A stretch of 47,189 bases of DNA from Phoronis australis (taxonomy: Eukaryota; Animalia; Phoronida), in the NCBI GenBank assembly GCA_002633005.1, contig NMRA01000456.1, forward strand, positions 318,631 through 365,819, written 5' to 3'. Of this stretch, positions 1-12,400 are shown piece by piece. How positions within the stretch are numbered: the stretch's first letter is position 1; every line of letters starts with the position of its first letter. The notes beneath the pieces are model-generated. The model made no database searches. It was not told the DNA's origin and saw only the letters and a program-made list of their open reading frames with translations. The position numbers and the translations under genes are program-made.

Positions 1-242
1 CGTCTTTGGTGTCACTATGTTTGTTGCTGTCCTTGCTTTTTCAGTCCCATTTTCCAGAGCAGATTCAGTTCAAATGTTGGTGCAAGCCTGGAAACCATTT
101 TCTTTTGTATCCAAGTTTTCCTTCGCTCTGTTGCATCTATCCCCTACTAAGACCATTATTAATAACAAATAAAAAACGAAAGCAATTTTTGTATTTTCAT
201 CTAAAGTTGACATGTCAACGAAATGCTCATTTTCATTTCCAG

Positions 243-413
243 GTACGCAGGTATTCTGTCTGCTTATGGCATGGCCCTGGCTGATGTTGTACACGAGGCC
301 CAAGAGCCATGTGCCAGTGTGTACGAGGAAGGGAGTTTTTGTTACATCGAGGCAAGGATCAAGGTGTTGTCAGAAGAGTGTATCTCCCAACTGGAGTCAC
401 AAGGTTTTGACAG
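243..413 (+). CDS. OPLAH: OPLAH exon ([10 protein letters not shown]...SQGFDR)
   Basis: ttccAG acceptor at 241-242, GT donor at 414; phase 2 to 2. Confidence 0.93.
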
Positions 414-3400
414 GTAGTGTGTACATAACGGTCATTTGTATGTGATGCAGAATTGTTAATCTTTTGATTCTCAAAGCTATGATTAATTTCTGTCCAATTT
501 ATGCACCCATATATATGCGTCCATCCATCGCATCTCCTAAACGCTTTCCTGGCAGGATTTTTATGCGCCCACATATTGCCGTCATCTCTGTCTGGGCGTC
601 AGGTGTCCACAGCTGTATCTCCGAAACCCTTCACAGGATCTTGATTAGATTTCGCAGATGTGTTCTTATGAAACTGACAATGGACGATGACGAATTTCAA
701 ACCTCTCCTACTACCGGTGTGCCCCCTGGTGGCAATTTTAGTTTTTTACGCTTACCTCTGTATCTTCGGAGGTCTTCAACGGATTTTCATAAAATTTGGC
801 AGTTAGTAAAATGATACCATCCTCCTGTTTTTGGACGGATTCGAGGTACTTTGTGCCACCTAGTGGCCATTTTTACTGTTTTCGTGTTGTAACAACAAAT
901 TTCGGACCTCTCTGAATACTGGTGTTCCCCCTAGTGGCAATTTTAATTTTTTACTCTTATCTCTGCAGATTTGGAGGTCCTCAACAAATTTTCATAAAAT
1001 TTGGCAGTTAGGCATCTGTTCGTGAGGTGATGCGATCCTCCCGTTTTTGGACGATTCGAGGTACTTTGCACCACCTATTGGCCATTTTTACTGTTTTTGA
1101 GTTTTTTTGGCGTCTACCTTTCTATCAACGAAACCGCTCTAGGGTTGATTTTGAAAATTGGCATATATACTGTGAAGAAGGCGGCTGACAATGATTTTCC
1201 GATGACTTGGAGTACTATGGCACCTCCTAGTGGTAGTTTTGTTTGTTTTTGCGCCCATGGCTGTATCTCCTAAATGCTTTACAGGATCTTTATTGAATTT
1301 TGCTGGTATGTTTATAATTATGAAGTTGACAACACAGGATGACAACTTTCGGACGGATCGGGCTACCGATGTGCCCCCTAGGGGTAATTTTATTTTTTTA
1401 CGTTTACCTCGAGTCTGTATCTTTAAAGGTCATCTATAGATTTTCATCAAATTGTGCAGTTAGGCATCTATTAGTGAGATGACGCTATCATCCGGTTTTT
1501 GGTAAAATTCGAGGCTCTTTGCACCACCTTGTGGCCATTTTTACTGTTTTCGAGTCTTGTCAACCAAACCACTCTAAGGATGGCTGTGAAAATTAACATA
1601 TGTGTTCCTAATGTGAAGCGGAAATCTGGCGATGATTTTCCGACGACTTTTTCTATTTTGGCGCCTCTTAGTGGCAGTTATGTTTTTTGCTCATAGCCTC
1701 TTAGTGGCAAATTCATTCTTTCGTTTTCCTCTGTTTTCTCAGAGGTTCCTTGACGGATTTTTATGAAAATAGCTTTGATGACACATACAAGTTTTCAGAT
1801 GGATTCGACATATTTTGCGCCATCTAGTTGCCATTTTTGTGTTCCAAATAAACATCCCTAGAGGTACACCATTAGCAGTGCATTCGTGGGCTCATTTCAA
1901 TGCTCTGCGTTGATCTTGTTGAAGAAATTTGTCAGGTGTGTTCCTGTGAACACGGTGATGAATGAGAACATCTTTTGTGCAAACTCAAGATACATGTCAA
2001 TTATTCTGTGCTTGAGTGCATTATGGTTTATACATATGCATGTGCACTTGATGACCCCGAGATATGAACAACAACCTCCAGTAAAAACTCGAGATTTCAA
2101 GTAAGAACTTAAAGACATTTCGTATTCAGATTCAGACTTTTACCTTTAATAATGGGGACATCAGGAGCAATATTGTAAGTGTAAGGCATTTTGTACTCCA
2201 GTATAGAATTATGCCCCTGTATCTTGAGTTCGCACAAAAGTAGAATAGAAAATGACACAAGTAATCTCTAGTTCAATTTTGAGTAAAAAGATTCAACCCT
2301 GAGCCCTCAACCAATTACGGTTTTTTGGCCTAACATTTATTTTTTATCGATTTCTTAACATAGCCCATGAGATTGATGTGTGAATACAATTTGGTTGTTG
2401 GTATAATGCTGTGTACTTCTCTTATTAGGGGGCAGATTTTCACGGAGCCTTTCCTGCACCTACGCTATGACAAGACTGACTGCGCCCTTATGTGTTCAGC
2501 TGAAAACCAACCTCCATCTTCCTCCTCAACTTCTTTCGGAGATTTCCGAGCAGCATTTACTGAGCGTTATGCTACTGAATTTGGTTTTACAATACCTGAT
2601 CGAGCAATATATGTGGATGACATCAGAGTACGAGGTGTTGGGCGAAGTTTAGTTGGAACGGAACAGGAAATAGAGAAGGCAACAGCGCCACCTGTTAGTG
2701 AAAAGGTGCAGATGATGTTTGTTGAAACTGAAACAAAAAAAATCTGTTCAGTGAAGTTTTCTTATTCGTAATCATTGTGATGATGCTGTTGTTTATTATA
2801 TTTCACAAATTATTGGACACAAACATTAAAAAGATTTTTTAATCACCATATCTGTTGCATTTGATAAAAATAGTTGAGTCTTCAAATGTTCAAAGTTCAG
2901 TTTGTTGCAATTTTAGTGCCCATTATGAGGCAGCATGACTGTTTTCTCCTATGTCTGTTTTTGTCTGTAGGTTGTCCAGTGTTTTTTTGACGATGGTTAC
3001 TCTGACACGCATGTGTTCAATTTATCCTCTCTCTTGGCCGGACACACTGTCAGTGGACCAGCTATTATCATTGACAAGAACAGGTCAGTGATGGGACATT
3101 TTATGTTACACGTTATGTCAGTGCTGATATTCATGGTCTTTGTGCTACTTGAAAGTTGCATAAGTGCCAGCCAATTCCTAATTTGTATTTGGCTGTTGAG
3201 TACATTCAAACTGGTGGTAAAGGCAAAGTAACTGTATAATGCATGTAATCAGTACAGCATTGTGTTTGGAGGAGTAATAGGCTGGAAGTTAGCCGCAGAC
3301 TTATAGGCTGAATGCTCCTACCCTGAAGTCATCACTGAAACTGGGCAATGACCAGATATTCTTATGTGGCCGGAATTGACCAAGAAAATAGTTCTAATCA

Positions 3401-6400
3401 AACTAACCGTCCCATATGAACCTCTTACTGAGGATTGTCATGAATTGAAGGTGGCCAAGTATGAAGACTTTTGTCAAATTTTGCGAAATGATGGGTACAC
3501 CGTCAATTTAGTTGCTGTCGAAGTTGGAGCTAGAGGCTTTTCTGACTTTTTCCCACCCCCTGATAACAACCGATTTGTTAGACAGATATGTACTGCAGCT
3601 GAGGTAGTGTCAATGGGGATTTGGTGGAGGAGAAATGAAAAGATTTAGCAGAGTCCCTTCTGTTGGCCAGTCATTTCTCATGTCCCCTGCTAACCAGAGG
3701 CAGACATCCAGTTACTTGGCTAACTGTACAGACTTGGCAATAAAGTTTTACGTAACTTTAGGCCCCATGCAGCGTCATCTTCATAAACCTTTGTTTAGGT
3801 TCACGTTTTGGGTAGAATCCTTTGTTTTGGTGTGTTGCTATGGCAATAAGTTTTTAACCACACAGCATAAAGCTGTGGACTGAGCATATTTCATAGATTG
3901 GTTCATAGAACTCTAGCCCTGGAATGTCTACTTCAATCTCGCACTGTTGAGGTTTCGCTGCGCATGCGTGGAATTTGTTTGCATTCATTTGTTCCAGTGT
4001 TGGTTATTCCTGGTATAATTTACTGTGTCGCTAACACTATTCTCAACTTTGCTGTTTTTCAACTAAATTTCATAAGAGGCATATCATTAGAAAACCCTTT
4101 ATCAGTTCTTGGTGGTGCATAGCAAAAGCAATCAATGCATAATTTAATTCATAAATAACCATAATTTTGCATACCTGACAGGTTTAAAAAATAATGTTTA
4201 TTACCCAAATGCAAAAACTATTAGGGTGTAATAGTATCGTAAGAAAGCAAAAGAACCAGAGAGGCTATATAGATGACTAGTTAAACCAGCAGGGAAATAA
4301 TTTCAATGATTCAAAAGATTTCTGTACTATCAAGACCAAGATTTTAGAATATAGATCCCTCACAGTTGCTTAGAAGAATTTAGTCGGGCACTTAAAATCA
4401 AAATTACACATCTTATATTAATTGAGCATTTGGTGCTGTTTGATTCAGTTCTTCAGTAAACATTCAGGATGCAGTGTTATTTACAAAAATCTGATAACTA
4501 ATTATTCCAAATACCTAATATCCAAAATTTGCAGATAAAAGCTTTCTGATAGATAAAGAAAGAGCAAGCTTCTATTGTGTAAGTTTAAAATGCTCCGTGT
4601 ATAGATCATCACATAGGCTGCAGTGTTGGACTTCCGTAGTTTTTAAATAAACTCATTTCTTCAGAAAGTAAAAATTAGTGATTCTGATACGTGCAGTTTG
4701 TGTAATTGTAAACAAGAAACATTGGAACACATTTTTGCGATTGTTATGTTACTAAAGAAATTGACTCTGGATAACAATATTCACGACAAAGAGACAAATG
4801 AACACCTGTTTCATAGCTGTCAGCATTCAAGAATGAAAAACCGGGACAATTGGATTGGAAAGTGGGACTTCCCGACTATGATTTTTTTACAAAAGTGGTA
4901 TTCAGTTATCTAGCAAGTAATTTAAGCTATCTAGCACTTTTCTGTAACTTATTTTTAAAACATTCCATTTTGTCATATTTGAAACTGTTCAATTCCAGCA
5001 CAATTCTAGTGGAACCTAACTGTACAGCTACTGTTACAAACCAAGGAGATATCCATATAAAGGTTAGTGGAGTGAATGATAAAAGTTGGGTGTTTTTCAC
5101 TTGGGTTTTGCCACTTGTGTCTTGCCATGTGGTCTTGCCACTTGTGTCTTGTCACTCATGTCTTGTCACTTGTGTATTGTCACCTGTGTCTTGCCATGTG
5201 CGTCTTGTCATTTATGTCTTGCCACATGTGTCTTGCCACTTGTGTCTTGTCATTCATGTCTTGTCACTTGTGTCTTGTCACTTGTGTCTTGTCACTTGTG
5301 TCTTGCCATGTGTGTCTTACTGTTATTCTTCACTTATTTCACACACAATATGGCCGACAAGTGAAATTCTGTATTTGCGAAATTTCTCCACAAAAATGAA
5401 GATTAAGAAAATGTTAGTCACTTTATAATTAGCTTACTTTGTTCTGTGTTGATGTCATGAAACAATTTCAAGTTCTCAAGTTTTCATCACTTGCAACAAG
5501 GTAACCAGCTTTAGAAAATTAGAAATATTTTTGTGCAAAATAAGTGGAGAACTATTGTATCATGTGCCTTACCATGTGTGTCTACTGTGCAGCTGTCTGA
5601 CAAAGATTCAGAGTCAGTGGGGTGCCAAGCCAGTGGACAAGGAAGTGCAGCTGATTGTAATCAAAGATGTGACTGATGGAAATTTGCATTTTTATGCACA
5701 CGCATATTTACACGTGTCTGAGCTTGGGAAATGCTGACAGTTCATTAATGCTCCTTAAACATGCACTTGTAACTGGATATAAATGATATTGTTGAGCTTA
5801 TGATCTACCTAAGCTATATCTTGGAATATCATTAATAAAACAGGACTCTGCAACTAATTTCTGACACCCCCTGTGTTTAGTTTGCCTGTGTTATTGTGCC
5901 AGTATGAAACGGTGTCTATTTCCAGCCCAGTACATTTCACCTACTGCGTTACTTCTACAGGTCAGCCGCAGTAGTGTGCATGAGATCACCACTGAACTGG
6001 ATGCCATTCAACTGTCTATCTTTTCACACCGCTTCATGAGTATTGCTGAACAAATGGGAAGGTAGGCTGCACTTACTGCTGAATCACTCCTTTTGTCATT
6101 TTCACTCATTTCATAATAGTTGAGCGCATGCGAAATTGATGAGGTACTGAACAATTCATTTGCTACACTATTCTAATGCCATCATTCAATTTGTTTTGAC
6201 AGTCCTGTCTGAAAGTACCAGCCCTTTGCTTATAATTATTAGGACTGGACAACAGGAATCTTTTCTGACATGCGATTTGTCATTAAAAATAGAAATCAAC
6301 GTCTGAAAAATGGTAAATATTGAAAGTTTGATTACATTGAAGAGTTTATTATTATTACAAAGTAACAACTATGAGACAAGACTAGACTGTGGTCCATGAA

Positions 6401-9400
6401 GCTAGTATCAATTTGTTTCTAATCATTGATGTGATGTCACGTTGGTGGGATGCTTACACTTTTATGTACAAAAACTTTATGTCCCTGTGCTACAAAAGTC
6501 ATTTGCACATTGTAGAGTACTTCAAAGGACGTCTATCTCTACCAATATTAAGGAACGCCTGGACTTCTCTTGTGCTCTGTTTGGCCCTGATGGTGGACTA
6601 GTGTCCAACGCCCCTCACATTCCTGTACACCTGGGAGCCATGCAGGAGACTGTCAGGTACCAGGTGAGTTTAAAGGGGTGAGATATTAGAGGCAAGATCG
6701 ATCCAACATGATATGGGTTTGTCATGTGTTATAATGTCGGCGTATTTCTACTTTTATGGAGATATCTGCGTCATGCAAACATTTTGACGAATACATTTTA
6801 ATTTTTATCATTTATTTACTTAAACCTGGCAAGAATCTTTACATAGATATTGAGAATTGTTTATAACTTAATCTCCTTTTACGAAGCTACATTGCCGGTT
6901 GTGAAGTTTGCATGAACACAGGGAATGACTTGCAGCAGTCCTTGGAACGAACAATTTGTGTTAACCTTGCAAGTGTTTAGTTCACCGTTGTGTGATATTT
7001 GGATTCTCATAACATATGGTTCAAAACTGTTAATTATATGACACTTCTGTCTCAGTTTTATTTGATAAATATTATATCATCTGCAACTCAGGGTTCGATT
7101 CCTGGGTAACTACGATGTTGAACATTGTTGTTATTTAATTATTTTCATGTCGATTGAAATGTTCTAAGATCAATGTGCAATTACTGTTTTTCTCAGCTTT
7201 GTTATCTCTTGTTAAATTGTTGCATTTATAACTGTTTCTTTTACTAGAGAAAATTTTATGGTTAGATTTTTTTGGAATGATGAGTTTTGAAAACCTTTTA
7301 TATGCCTGTACTTTTTTCTATTAGTGGAACAAGTGATTTGACAGGAAAACTCTTTATCTAATTTTTTGCGCATGCTATATTGTGCAATGTGTCTGTAATA
7401 CTGTTGCAGATGAAAGCCCTTGGTGACGATATTCAAGATGGTGATGTCATTCTCAGTAACCACCCCAGTGCAGGTGGCAGTCACCTGCCTGATCTAACTG
7501 TCATCACTCCGGTAAGTGTCAGTCACATTGCCTTAGAACTCTGCCAGCTGACATGTAATTACTTGAAGTTCTAAATATATGTAAATGAAACAACAAAAAT
7601 GGATCACTGAAATTTTTGGATATAATAGCATTCTTTTGTCAACAGAAACAGAACTAAAGTAAAATCAAACACTATATTGACATCTGATATATGGCATAAT
7701 GAACATTATTCATTGTATTTCTGTTTCTGTTGACGAAGGATGTTACTATATCCGAAAATTTCAATGATCCATTTTTGTTGTTTTATTTACGTATATTTAT
7801 TCTACTTTTTGACACATAAGTGTATCCTTTAGAGGATCTGGATCGCCTCTTTTAGTTCTGGATTTATTTTCTACGTTATTAAAGTTCTAAGTAATACAGT
7901 TTTATCAAAATCATCCTGGCGAATGATCAGTTATAATTGTTCAACATTGATACCGTGTGTATCTGTCAGCCATTGGGCTTGTACAACTTGAGCAACTTTG
8001 GAAAACCATTAAAGAAATGATTGGAAATTGTTTATGAGATATTTCTGAATAGTTATGTACATAATTTATTGTCTATGAAGCAATAATCCAGTTAGAGATG
8101 AATGAAGAATTTTGTGTTTGCACGAACAAGTTATGATTTGGTTTTATCTATAGTAAGTTCATGTTAAAAGCGGAGAATTTTGCTGGAGCAATCCTGCTGT
8201 TTATTTTTCAGGTGTTTTACAAAAACGAAAAGAGACCTGTGTTCTTTGTAGCTAGCCGTGGTCACCATGCTGACATCGGGGGTATAACTCCTGGCTCTAT
8301 GCCTCCTCATTCCATCTCCATTCATCAAGAGGGCGCTGTATTCATGTCCTTTAAGCTAGTCAAGGGTGGAAAGTTCCAAGAAGATGGTACTTTTTATTGT
8401 CAGTTTCAAGTAAAATTCCTGAGAAGTTCATTAAGTTGAGGAAACGTTAACCTGTTTCATTACACTGAAAATGCCAAAGTTATTCCTGGTATTAGTTGTT
8501 GTATAAGTGCAAATGCGGGTGGGTCCAGTGTACTGGTGCAATTTGATTCGAGTTTCCTTCACATCAGTTGATGGTGCATGTTGTATCAGTAACTTTTTTC
8601 TTGGCACAAGGTGCAGTCTTAAAACAATGTGAGCAAACAGGAAAAATCTTGTTCCCAACATTAGTTTAACGTTAATTGGGTATTAGTATTTTTAAAGAAT
8701 GAGTAATTACAGCTGATTTGACTCTTTGTTGGTTTGCTCTTTTCTGCAATGCATTTGATATATTAGCTTGTCAGGGCTTTTTTATCCAGTAAAACAATAT
8801 ATAATGACTTTAAATTCTGATACAATCACAAGCCTCGGTATTTTGACGAAATTTCCAAGAGGTTTTACCCATGACATAAACCTGAGACTCGTGTAGGATT
8901 CTCTGTATAATGCAGTCTTAATGATTTGTTCTGATCAATCCGTGTTTTCTTCATCCTCCCACAGAGGTCACTGCAGCCTTCATGGAGCCAGCCAACCATC
9001 ATGGCAGCAGCGGCACCAGAAATCTCCACGATAACCTCAGTGATCTCAGGGCCCAGGTAGCAGCCAACCAAAAGGTGGGATTCACTGAGATAAGAGTACA
9101 GACAGCTTTATTTTTCTTTAAGGCCATTGAAATTTTTTGTGTTACTTATTCCTATGAAATTCTTCACTACAACAGTGATATGATTGTTCCACAGAATTCG
9201 TGATGAAGATTAGCTATCACGTGACTTTGTATACGTTTAGCAGGGTGGCCATGATGTTGTGTGGAACTGAGTGTGTGCTAAAAGGCTTTAACTTTGAAAC
9301 AGATGGGTCGATTTTGATGAAATAATTACCAAAATGCTTGTATTTTTGCACTTTTTACAGTGATATCACTTCCGGGATATTTTGAAATTAAATTAAAATT

Positions 9401-12400
9401 TCCCTTAAGTATCCTGCCAATAATGCTCAATTGTTTATTTGTTCCTATTTGTCAGTATTTTGCATTTAATATACCAAGGTTCCTTATCCGCCTATGGCCG
9501 CGCTGATCTGTTTGGCAGTCAGCTTCCACACAACAGTATGGCGTCATGTTAGCAGCATGTTGTCACAGTTATTTGTAGTTGAACGTCCGATCCTTCTCCC
9601 TCCCCCCCTTCCTCCCTCCACCCCCCCTCCCTCCATCTTTCTCTCTGTGCGTGCATGGGTGTATGGATTGTACATGTAGAAAAGAGTTTACCTGACTTAT
9701 TGCATCTATACGCACATATAGACCCATTCAATAAATGTGTTTTTCAAAGAACTTTGATTTTTAACCACATGCTATGCATATAAATACATGAATGCTTGTC
9801 CATCAGCACAGTGTTTTTAATGAGTTGCTGAAGTATAAGAAAATGACTGCATAGGAGCTGCTTAAAGATGATGTTTCTCTATATAAAGGCCATTAAATAG
9901 GATAATTGACTGGGTCAAGAGAGGGAAAGTTTTTTTGTACCTACTTAATGTTAAAGTCTATTTGTTCTTTGTTTGACAGGGCATAAAGCTGGTGTCAGAG
10001 TTGATAGATGAATATGGCCTGGATGTAGTGCAGGCGTACATGAACCACATTCAGGTAAATAGATGAATATGGCCTGGATGTAGTGCAGGCGTACATGAAC
10101 CACATTCAGGTAAATAGATGAATATGGCCAGGATGTAGTGCAGGCGTACATGAACCACATTCAGGTAAATGTTGTCACATGAAAGTATTTCATTATGGAC
10201 CTCATTCAGGTAGATATTATCATAAGGTATCTCATCATGGACCATATTCAGGTATTGTCACAAAGTATCTCATCATGGACTACATTCAGGTAGATATTAT
10301 TACAAACCACATTCATGTAAGTATCTCATTATATTTGCCAGCCTGTATAGACTAGTTAGTCTCTCAACCCACAGTGCTTACTGCATGAGGTTTCCACTAC
10401 TGTAGTTTACCGCAGAGAAGATTGCAACTTAAATCCAAATATACCTCCCATAATATCTTTGACGCCACTTTATGCATATGTAAAAGAATTTCTATGCTTT
10501 GAAAACAATTTAATTTCAATTGCTAGAATCAGCATAACACTAGCAAGTCCACACGTCACTCTGACACCTGTCAATAACTTGCATGTAGCTGCCAATCAAA
10601 GTGATGAGCAGTCCGTCAGTGTCGTCTTGCTGAGTTGCATTGAAATCCTGAACTTTTGTTTTCCTCAGCCACTGTCCTAAAACTGCACAATTTTGTAAAA
10701 ATTCTTTGTTTCTATCAAGTAGGTAAATAATACAAATCTCTGGCTTTAAATTTCACCATTTTATCTTGACTAGACGCATTAGATTGTGTGGACTTGAACC
10801 ATAAAAGCTGCATAGGACTTACAAAAGGTTTTAAGAATAGGGGAAACCTAGTTTTGGTTAACCTTCTTCGGCACTATCTTTTCATGATATTAGTTAAGAA
10901 CTTATAGCCTTGACATAGCATTTACTTGAGAACAATCAAATTACATTGAACATTCTTTAAAGCCGTACATCACATGATCTTATTTAGGTTCATGTTCTGG
11001 GGTTGAACCCATCGTTCTTAGCTACACCAAGTTAACATAAATTCTAATTACATATGGTAACAATGTGCACCAAATGGAGTTCATTCAGTGCTTCCGTGGA
11101 ATGATTTGCTGCTGCTAACTTAATTTAAGCCATTTTGAAGTTTGCAAGTTTGGCTTCCTGCATGGAGAATTTCCTTTTATTCAATCCATATTATTCAATT
11201 TGCGTAGCATATATCTGTAATTAATTGTAGAATGAATAATACGATGAATGTTTTCAGTCATCCAGTTGGGTCATAAGTATAAGAAACAATAAATCTATTA
11301 CTGGACTTACTTAGAATGCATACATTTACTTGTACTAATATTTTACTTAGTATGTTTCTTTATTCCAATCAGCATAATGCAGAGGTTGCTGTTAAAGACA
11401 TGCTCGTGGACATCGCACACAGGACAAAACTAACCACAGGTGGCACCATACTGTCTGCTGAAGATTTTATGGATGATGGGTCACCCATTAGGCTGACTGT
11501 CAGTATCGATGAGTTGAAGGTACTAGTGCTTGTTGCGTGTCATTTCATGTAACCCGTGCATCTCCTCGAAGTCTTATGTGGAAATGATTAAGTTGAGTAA
11601 GCAAGACATGAATAAATTTCAGTAATTTTGTAAGTTTTTGTTTTGCCCTTCTGCTTGTTTACCTGGAGAGGCCAGCTATAGCTGAGAGGATGGTTAAATT
11701 TAGATTTTACTGGCACACTATTGAGTAACGTAGTTGTTGTGGATGGTCATTACAGGTGAACAAGAGTAACGGTCATGTTATTTGCAACATTTTAGCTATG
11801 ATCAGGTGTACAACTTTTGATAAAACAGGCCTAATGTACCTAGTTAGAGCTAGGCAAAAGTCATTCTTATGTCTTCAATACAGTCATGCCATGTCTTTAA
11901 AATACAAGACAGTTTAAAATTCCTATAAAGTTGGTTTAAGAAAGTCTGTTTTGTCTCAAGTGAATAGTTTGTGCTAAAAATATTAATTGGAAATGTTTAT
12001 GATAAGAGAGGTTATAACATTGTTGTCTTACTTAAATTCTTGTGGCTAGTTTGATAACAGTTTGCACACCCTGTATTCGCTGAGACGTTCACAGACAGAT
12101 CATGACCTTGCATTTTTTACTTTTTTGTAAGAACAAACTTGAACAAAACCTTGAACATAGTTCATAATATTCATGAACTGTGGCCTAATTTATATTACTG
12201 GGAAATGACCTCTGAATTGATAAAACAGGTTCCTGGTCGAATGTCAGCTTCAATTTTTAACCTCTTTCTTTGTTTCCCCAGGGCACTGCTGTGTTCGACT
12301 TCTCAGGCTCCGGCCTTCAGGTGCATGGCAACTGGAATGCCCCTAGAGCCATTACGCTGTCAGCTCTTATCTACTGTCTAAGGTGTATGGTGGCACATGA

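Noticed and set aside
4850-5428. Cys/His-rich ORFs in three frames (metallothionein-like)
   Set aside because: They are translations of a stop-free 14-bp minisatellite; only 4999-5062 is a real exon.
9592-9647. C-rich tract / Pro-rich ORF
   Set aside because: Simple low-complexity polypyrimidine sequence; G-quadruplex potential alone is unremarkable.
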